DNA of 64,000 nucleotides from Escherichia coli (GTDB lineage Bacteria > Pseudomonadota > Gammaproteobacteria > Enterobacterales > Enterobacteriaceae): the NCBI RefSeq assembly GCF_036507355.1, contig NZ_AP027877.1. One strand, written 5' to 3'. The notes beneath the pieces are model-generated. The model was given only the letters and a program-made list of their open reading frames with translations, was not told the origin of the DNA and searched no databases. Position numbers and translations under genes: made by a program. Shown piece after piece: positions 58,221-64,000 of this stretch (positions are counted from its first letter, which is position 1; every line of letters begins with the position of its first letter).

Positions 58221-60380
58221 CTAGCTTCTGAGCACCTCACGGTGCAGGTGGTCGCGCGTGAACTCGCTGATGACCTCCCGGTCCAGATTTATCTGCTGGA
58301 GATGGCCGCTGCCGTAGTACAGATGGCGCTGCGTTCTGCCGTCCGGAAAGGTGGTGGCAGTCCGGTTGCCCAGTTCATCGTACTGGTGGGTCAGGATGCC
58401 CTGCGCCGTCTCCTCGCTCAGCATCCGCCCCAGTCTGTCGTAGCTGAAGCAGATAACTTCCGGCGCGTCAGTTTCGTGCCGCTGGCGGCGGATTTCACCG
58501 CCCCGGTCCCCGGTGAACACCACTTCCGTGACCGCGTTCAGCGCGTTGTAGCGGTACGACTGGCGGCAGCCGTCCGGATTTATCTGCTCCGCCAGACGGT
58601 CCAGCACGTCATGGCGGAACCGGTAGCGTTCTCCGTTCTCGTTCGTGAGCGTGACCAGACGCCCGTAAGCGTCGTACCCGAACGCCGTCCTGCGCCCCAT
58701 CGCGTCCGTCCGGCTGCGCACCCGGCCCTGCCCGTCCCGCTGCCAGCGCGTTATCCTCCCCATCGGGCTGGTGTACTTCACCAGACTGCCCGCCGCGTCT
58801 GACTGGTAATTCACCGTGCGGCCGTCCGCCAGTATCACCTCCGTCAGATGACCGCTGTCGTCATACCCGTAGCGCGTGCTGTGGCTCTCCGCATCCGTCA
58901 TTCTGATAAGCCGCGTGCGTTCGTCGTAGAACCACGCCGTCTGCGAGCCGGAGCAGTCCGTGTGCCGCATGAGCTGCCCGTCTTCATTCCACTGGAGGTG
59001 TTTATTCCCCCCGCGCGCATCCGTTATCTGCACCACCTGGCCGTGGTGGTCATACTGATACCGGGTGTTCTGCTGCAGCGGGTCGGTCACGGCAAGAAGG
59101 TTGCCGCGTTCATCGTACACACAGCGCCAGGTGTTTCCCGCCGCGTCCACCTCCGTTTCCGGCTGGTGCCACACCGGGTGCCACTGTGTCTGCGCCACCC
59201 GCCCCAGCGGGTCGTGCGTCTCCGTGATATGCCCCTGCCGGTCATACACATAGCGCCATTTGCCGCCCTGAGGGTCGGTCATCCCCAGCAACAGTCGTTC
59301 TTCGTCGCTCCAGCGGAATGTCGTCACCTGTCCGGCTTCGTCCTGGTACGCCGTCACCTGATTCTGCGCATCCCACTGGTGATAACGTGTGCGCCCCAGT
59401 CCGTCCGTCACGCACAGCCTGCGCTGCGCCAGGTCCCACGCCAGCCGGTACTGTTCACCGCTGTCCGTGTGGTGCCCCGTCACCCGCCATGCCGCGTCAT
59501 CCGGACCGTCATACCAGCCCCACTGGTAATAATACCCTTCGCCGCCCGGCTGGCGGTGCAGCGTCATGCAGTGGTTTTCGTCGTAAGCAAACTCACGCAG
59601 CAGGTGCCCCGTGCTGTCGTACACGCCGTTCAGGTGGCCGGCCTCGTCATAGCTGTAACGACGCAGCAGTAAAGGTGCAGTCTCAGGGAAATGCTGATAA
59701 ATCTGTGTCACCCGCCGGGGATGCGCCGCCAGTTCGTAATACAGACGGATGCACGGACGCTGCTGTTCGCCGCTGATTTCCACAATGCGGCCCCGGTCGT
59801 CGTAGTACAGATTCAGACAGTTGCTGTTACGGTCGCCCAGCATTTTCAGCCGCTGGCGCTGCGGGTGGTGCGGGTCGCCTTCAAACAACCAGTGGATACC
59901 ATCATCGCTGCTGATAAGCCAGTGCCCCTGCTCACCACGCCTTACCGCCAGCCCTTCACCGGGGCTGTAAAACCCGCCCCCCGGCAGTACGGCTTCCATA
60001 TCCAGGCGTCGCCCCATACCCGACACAAAGGTCATGCAGTTTTCGTCTGCGCCACCCGGCAATACAAATGCCACCTGACACTGGTACACCTGCTCGTTAT
60101 CACGGAGAAACTGGCTCTGTATTTCCAGCCCTTGTTCACCGTCATTAATCCCTACCCGTGTTACCTGAACTGGCGTGTAGTGAAGATCCTTTACCTGTTT
60201 CTCCAGTTTTTTCATTTGCTGTTCAATCTGGGAGGCTAATTCGTCTCCTTCCTGCATCTGGCCCCGACTGATAATGAGTGCAGCGTCGGGATCGCTGAGG
60301 CGCAGCATATTAATAGTGCTGTCCTGAATAATATTCCCGGGAAAAGTTACAACAGTTTCATTGAGATAATACTCCGTCAT
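58221..60380 (-). CDS. Rhs repeat protein, N-terminal and core part (terminated by an in-frame amber codon)
   Basis: 719-aa GC-rich ORF with many YD/RHS repeats; collinear with the K-12 RhsC core but with a different first ~110 aa; AGGA ribosome-binding site upstream of the ATG. Confidence 0.85.
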   Translation of the reverse strand: MTEYYLNETVVTFPGNIIQDSTINMLRLSDPDAALIISRGQMQEGDELASQIEQQMKKLEKQVKDLHYTPVQVTRVGINDGEQGLEIQSQFLRDNEQVYQCQVAFVLPGGADENCMTFVSGMGRRLDMEAVLPGGGFYSPGEGLAVRRGEQGHWLISSDDGIHWLFEGDPHHPQRQRLKMLGDRNSNCLNLYYDDRGRIVEISGEQQRPCIRLYYELAAHPRRVTQIYQHFPETAPLLLRRYSYDEAGHLNGVYDSTGHLLREFAYDENHCMTLHRQPGGEGYYYQWGWYDGPDDAAWRVTGHHTDSGEQYRLAWDLAQRRLCVTDGLGRTRYHQWDAQNQVTAYQDEAGQVTTFRWSDEERLLLGMTDPQGGKWRYVYDRQGHITETHDPLGRVAQTQWHPVWHQPETEVDAAGNTWRCVYDERGNLLAVTDPLQQNTRYQYDHHGQVVQITDARGGNKHLQWNEDGQLMRHTDCSGSQTAWFYDERTRLIRMTDAESHSTRYGYDDSGHLTEVILADGRTVNYQSDAAGSLVKYTSPMGRITRWQRDGQGRVRSRTDAMGRRTAFGYDAYGRLVTLTNENGERYRFRHDVLDRLAEQINPDGCRQSYRYNALNAVTEVVFTGDRGGEIRRQRHETDAPEVICFSYDRLGRMLSEETAQGILTHQYDELGNRTATTFPDGRTQRHLYYGSGHLQQINLDREVISEFTRDHLHREVLRS

Positions 60381-61163
60381 AATGATATGAGTCCTTTTTA
60401 ATTAATAAATTATTTAATGATGGTTTTTGTTTATTTTTAGTCATGAAAATGATACCCATCACTGCTTTACAGCACACTTTATCTTTCCAGCCATAATCAC
60501 TAATAATATTAAGCAATTACCAATATTTACACCGACCAGAGCGGATACATAGTTATGTATTTAACAATCCCAATATATTCACTATGCAAATAAAACCACT
60601 AGTAACAGACACGCTACCGCCTCCATATAAAAATGGACACCTTATAAAATTGTATCTTGCATAGAAAAAGCTGAAATATCGGATGCGTTTTAATTATCCA
60701 CTATAAGTCTATAAGCTTTTTATTAACAACAAAACATCTTATTGGATTAGATATGTTAACAATTAATTATTCTTAATATATCAATAAAGTATATATTACT
60801 CTCTTTACTATCTGCTTTTCTTGCGGTAGCGATACTAATAGCAAAATTCGGAATTTATTTAGATGCTGGAATTAGAAAAAGGGATGGCGGCCTTCTCACC
60901 TTACCCTGAAGTCTCAGGAAAGTGTGTAAGGAAGTATGCAACCTAACTGGAGATTTCTGATGATCTAGCCGCTTAGAGCGACAATGAAGGTGACCGCATC
61001 CTGGGTAGCCCTATGAAAGGATACTATTGAAACTTGATGCTAAAACAGTGATGAAATGAATAACACGATGGAAACGTCTTCCATGTTAATTATCATGGAA
61101 GACGTTGATGTAAAATACCTAAACCAGCCCCCTGATACGAGGCTGGCTTAAGCGCGCAGGCAA

Positions 61164-61370
61164 TCAATAAAAATCACCGGTTGCCTTTTCGGCCTGATCC
61201 ATCCAAACCGGTTTATCGCTGGTTTTCGACCAGACGCGATGCAGGTAGCTGTAAAAGCGGGCGCGGTCTTTCCAGAAAAGCATGAAAGGCAGCGCCAGAA
61301 CGCCCGCTGCAACCGCATAAGTACGGCGTAAAAAGATAAGCCATGCAGGATATTCTCTGTAGAGTTCCAT
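61164..61370 (-). CDS. ybfA: DUF2517-family small membrane protein YbfA
   Basis: 68-aa [36 protein letters not shown]... Confidence 0.9.
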
Positions 61371-61579
61371 ACTTTTCTCCCCCTTTTGTATCTACCCGGT
61401 GAATAGCACCGGAAAAATGAATTTGTTTATCTGATGAAAATAGTACCGCTTTTTGTGTAATTTTACTACTCATCCGACCACTTATTTTTGCTTATTGATG
61501 GTTTATTTACATTCACCCTGTAATTAAGTTACACAAAAGTTAAATTAATACTAAACATTAGTTAAATCATGGCTTTTGC

Positions 61580-61609
61580 CATTTTTATACTTTTTTTACA
61601 CCCCGCCCG
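61580..61609 (+). promoter_or_regulatory. KdpE response-regulator binding site in the kdpFABC promoter
   Basis: catttttatactttttttacaccccgcccg, the T-rich direct-repeat box remembered for the kdp promoter, about 75 bp upstream of kdpF. Confidence 0.6.
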
Positions 61610-61682
61610 CAGATTTTTGCGAAATCTTTGCAGCCAGAATTCTACCCTTCCGGTATCACTTTTAGGCCACTGGAGGTGCACT

Positions 61683-61772
61683 GTGAGTGCAGGCGTGATA
61701 ACCGGCGTATTGCTGGTGTTTTTATTACTGGGTTATCTGGTTTATGCCCTGATCAATGCGGAGGCGTTCTGA
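61683..61772 (+). CDS. kdpF: K+-transporting ATPase small subunit KdpF
   Basis: 29-aa peptide (M)[28 protein letters not shown] with GTG start; stop overlaps the kdpA ATG. Confidence 0.85.
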
Positions 61773-63445
61773 TGGCTGCGCAAGGGTTCTTACTGATCGC
61801 CACGTTTTTACTGGTGTTAATGGTGCTGGCGCGTCCTTTAGGCAGCGGGCTGGCGCGGCTGATTAATGACATTCCTCTTCCAGGTACAGCGGGCGTTGAA
61901 CGCGTACTCTTTCGTTTACCTGGCGTCTCTGACCATGAGATGAACTGGAAGCAATATCTCTGTGCCATTCTCGGCCTGAACATGCTGGGGCTGGCGGTGC
62001 TTTTTTTTATGTTGCTCGGTCAGCACTATCTGCCGCTTAATCCACAGCAGTTGCCGGGGCTGTCATGGGATCTGGCGCTGAATACCGCCGTCAGCTTTGT
62101 CACGAATACCAACTGGCAATCTTATAGCGGTGAAACCACGTTGAGCTATTTCAGCCAGATGGCGGGCTTAACGGTGCAAAACTTTCTTTCTGCCGCCAGC
62201 GGGATTGCGGTGATTTTTGCCTTCATCCGTGCATTTACTCGCCAGAGCATGAGCACACTCGGGAATGCCTGGGTCGATCTGCTACGCATCACGTTATGGG
62301 TGCTAGTCCCTGTGGCGTTGTTGATCGCACTGTTTTTTATTCAACAAGGTGCGCTGCAAAACTTTCTGCCCTATCAGGCAGTGAATACCGTTGAAGGAGC
62401 GCAACAGCTGTTACCCATGGGTCCGGTGGCTTCTCAGGAAGCGATCAAGATGCTCGGTACTAACGGCGGTGGCTTCTTTAATGCCAACTCGTCGCATCCG
62501 TTTGAAAACCCAACCGCACTGACCAACTTCGTGCAGATGCTGGCGATCTTCTTGATCCCAACAGCGCTGTGCTTTGCCTTTGGTGAAGTGACGGGCGATC
62601 GCCGCCAGGGGCGCATGTTGCTGTGGGCGATGTCAGTGATTTTTGTCATCTGCGTAGGCGTGGTGATGTGGGCAGAAGTTCAGGGTAATCCTCATCTGCT
62701 GGCGCTCGGCGCAGACAGCAGCATCAATATGGAAGGTAAAGAGAGCCGTTTCGGCGTGCTGGTCAGTAGCCTGTTTGCGGTCGTGACTACGGCGGCTTCC
62801 TGTGGCGCGGTGATTGCGATGCATGATTCGTTTACCGCTCTCGGTGGCATGGTGCCGATGTGGCTGATGCAAATTGGTGAAGTGGTATTCGGCGGTGTCG
62901 GTTCTGGTCTTTACGGCGTGATGCTGTTTGTCCTGCTGGCGGTGTTTATTGCCGGGCTGATGATTGGTCGTACACCGGAATATCTGGGTAAAAAAATCGA
63001 CGTACGTGAGATGAAATTGACTGCACTGGCGATTCTGGTTACTCCAACACTGGTGCTGATGGGCGCGGCGCTGGCGATGATGACCGACGCCGGACGTAGC
63101 GCCATGCTCAACCCTGGCCCGCATGGTTTTAGCGAAGTGCTGTACGCCGTGTCATCCGCCGCTAACAACAACGGCAGCGCCTTTGCCGGATTAAGCGCCA
63201 ACTCTCCGTTCTGGAACTGTTTACTGGCGTTCTGCATGTTTGTCGGTCGCTTCGGGGTGATTATCCCGGTGATGGCAATTGCCGGTTCGCTGGTGAGTAA
63301 AAAGAGCCAACCCGCCAGCTCCGGCACGCTGCCAACGCACGGCCCGCTGTTTGTTGGCCTGTTAATCGGCACCGTGTTGCTGGTTGGCGCACTGACCTTT
63401 ATCCCTGCCCTGGCGCTTGGTCCGGTGGCGGAATATCTCTCCTGA
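61772..63445 (+). CDS. kdpA: K+-transporting ATPase subunit A
   Basis: [38 protein letters not shown]...; 557 aa from this Met. Confidence 0.95.
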   Translation: MAAQGFLLIATFLLVLMVLARPLGSGLARLINDIPLPGTAGVERVLFRLPGVSDHEMNWKQYLCAILGLNMLGLAVLFFMLLGQHYLPLNPQQLPGLSWDLALNTAVSFVTNTNWQSYSGETTLSYFSQMAGLTVQNFLSAASGIAVIFAFIRAFTRQSMSTLGNAWVDLLRITLWVLVPVALLIALFFIQQGALQNFLPYQAVNTVEGAQQLLPMGPVASQEAIKMLGTNGGGFFNANSSHPFENPTALTNFVQMLAIFLIPTALCFAFGEVTGDRRQGRMLLWAMSVIFVICVGVVMWAEVQGNPHLLALGADSSINMEGKESRFGVLVSSLFAVVTTAASCGAVIAMHDSFTALGGMVPMWLMQIGEVVFGGVGSGLYGVMLFVLLAVFIAGLMIGRTPEYLGKKIDVREMKLTALAILVTPTLVLMGAALAMMTDAGRSAMLNPGPHGFSEVLYAVSSAANNNGSAFAGLSANSPFWNCLLAFCMFVGRFGVIIPVMAIAGSLVSKKSQPASSGTLPTHGPLFVGLLIGTVLLVGALTFIPALALGPVAEYLS

Positions 63446-63467
63446 TGATATTGAGTGAGCACTGAAT

Positions 63468-64000
63468 ATGAGTCGTAAACAACTGGCGCTATTCGAACCA
63501 ACACTTGTCGTTCAGGCGCTGAAAGAAGCGGTGAAAAAATTAAACCCGCAGGCGCAATGGCGCAATCCGGTGATGTTTATCGTCTGGATCGGCAGTCTGC
63601 TGACCACCTGTATTAGCATCGCGATGGCAAGCGGTACGATGCCTGGCAATGCGCTGTTTAGTGCGGCAATTAGCGGTTGGCTGTGGATCACCGTACTGTT
63701 CGCTAATTTCGCCGAGGCGCTGGCAGAAGGCCGCAGTAAAGCGCAGGCCAACAGTCTGAAAGGGGTGAAAAAAACTGCCTTTGCCCGCAAGCTGCGTGAG
63801 CCGAAATATGGCGCTGTGGCAGACAAAGTTCCTGCCGATCAACTGCGTAAAGGCGATATCGTACTGGTAGAAGCTGGCGATATTATCCCCTGCGATGGTG
63901 AAGTTATTGAAGGGGGTGCATCGGTGGATGAAAGCGCCATCACCGGGGAATCGGCACCGGTGATCCGTGAATCCGGCGGCGATTTTGCCTCCGTCACTGG
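63468..64000 (+). CDS. kdpB: K+-transporting P-type ATPase subunit B (5' partial, runs off the window end)
   Basis: hand translation [37 protein letters not shown]... matches the KdpB N-terminus. Confidence 0.9.
   Translation, partial: MSRKQLALFEPTLVVQALKEAVKKLNPQAQWRNPVMFIVWIGSLLTTCISIAMASGTMPGNALFSAAISGWLWITVLFANFAEALAEGRSKAQANSLKGVKKTAFARKLREPKYGAVADKVPADQLRKGDIVLVEAGDIIPCDGEVIEGGASVDESAITGESAPVIRESGGDFASVT

Noticed and set aside
57345-59776. Several plus-strand ORFs (108-363 aa) Pro/Arg/Val-rich, across the Rhs core
   Set aside because: Antisense to the GC-rich Rhs YD-repeat region; composition-driven open frames.

Overview
This window is a contiguous stretch of Escherichia coli chromosome covering aroG to kdpB, in inverted orientation relative to the K-12 map. 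All identifications are from reading the ORF translations and DNA against remembered protein families; no database search was run. The conserved backbone is aroG, ybgS, zitB, pnuC, nadA, the seven-gene lysT tRNA operon (5 tRNA-Lys, 2 tRNA-Val), cpoB-pal-tolB-tolA-tolR-tolQ-ybgC, ybgE-cydX-cydB-cydA, sucDCBA, sdhBADC, gltA, the ybgDQPO fimbrial operon, abrB, nei, pxpACB, ybgI, dtpD, phrB, ybgA, ybfA and kdpFAB. Two accessory regions stand out. (1) A ~14 kb island (about 15.8-29.9 kb) sits between cydA and sucD where K-12 has mngRAB. It carries two AT-rich ORFs of unknown function, a methylaspartate-pathway module (glutamate mutase glmS/glmL/glmE, methylaspartate ammonia-lyase, class I fumarase/mesaconase fumD), a DUF1446/DUF4387 pair, a DAACS transporter, an extra cob(I)alamin adenosyltransferase, and a LysR regulator gene split by an intact IS1 with a 9-bp target duplication. 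(2) An Rhs locus next to ybfA has an N-terminus unlike K-12 RhsC, an in-frame amber stop in the repeat core, an unrecognised ~107-aa C-terminal toxin tip with an overlapping immunity ORF, and a neighbouring SymE-family toxin homologue. The island's unknown ORF pair and the DUF1446/DUF4387 pair are the best candidates for something undescribed.
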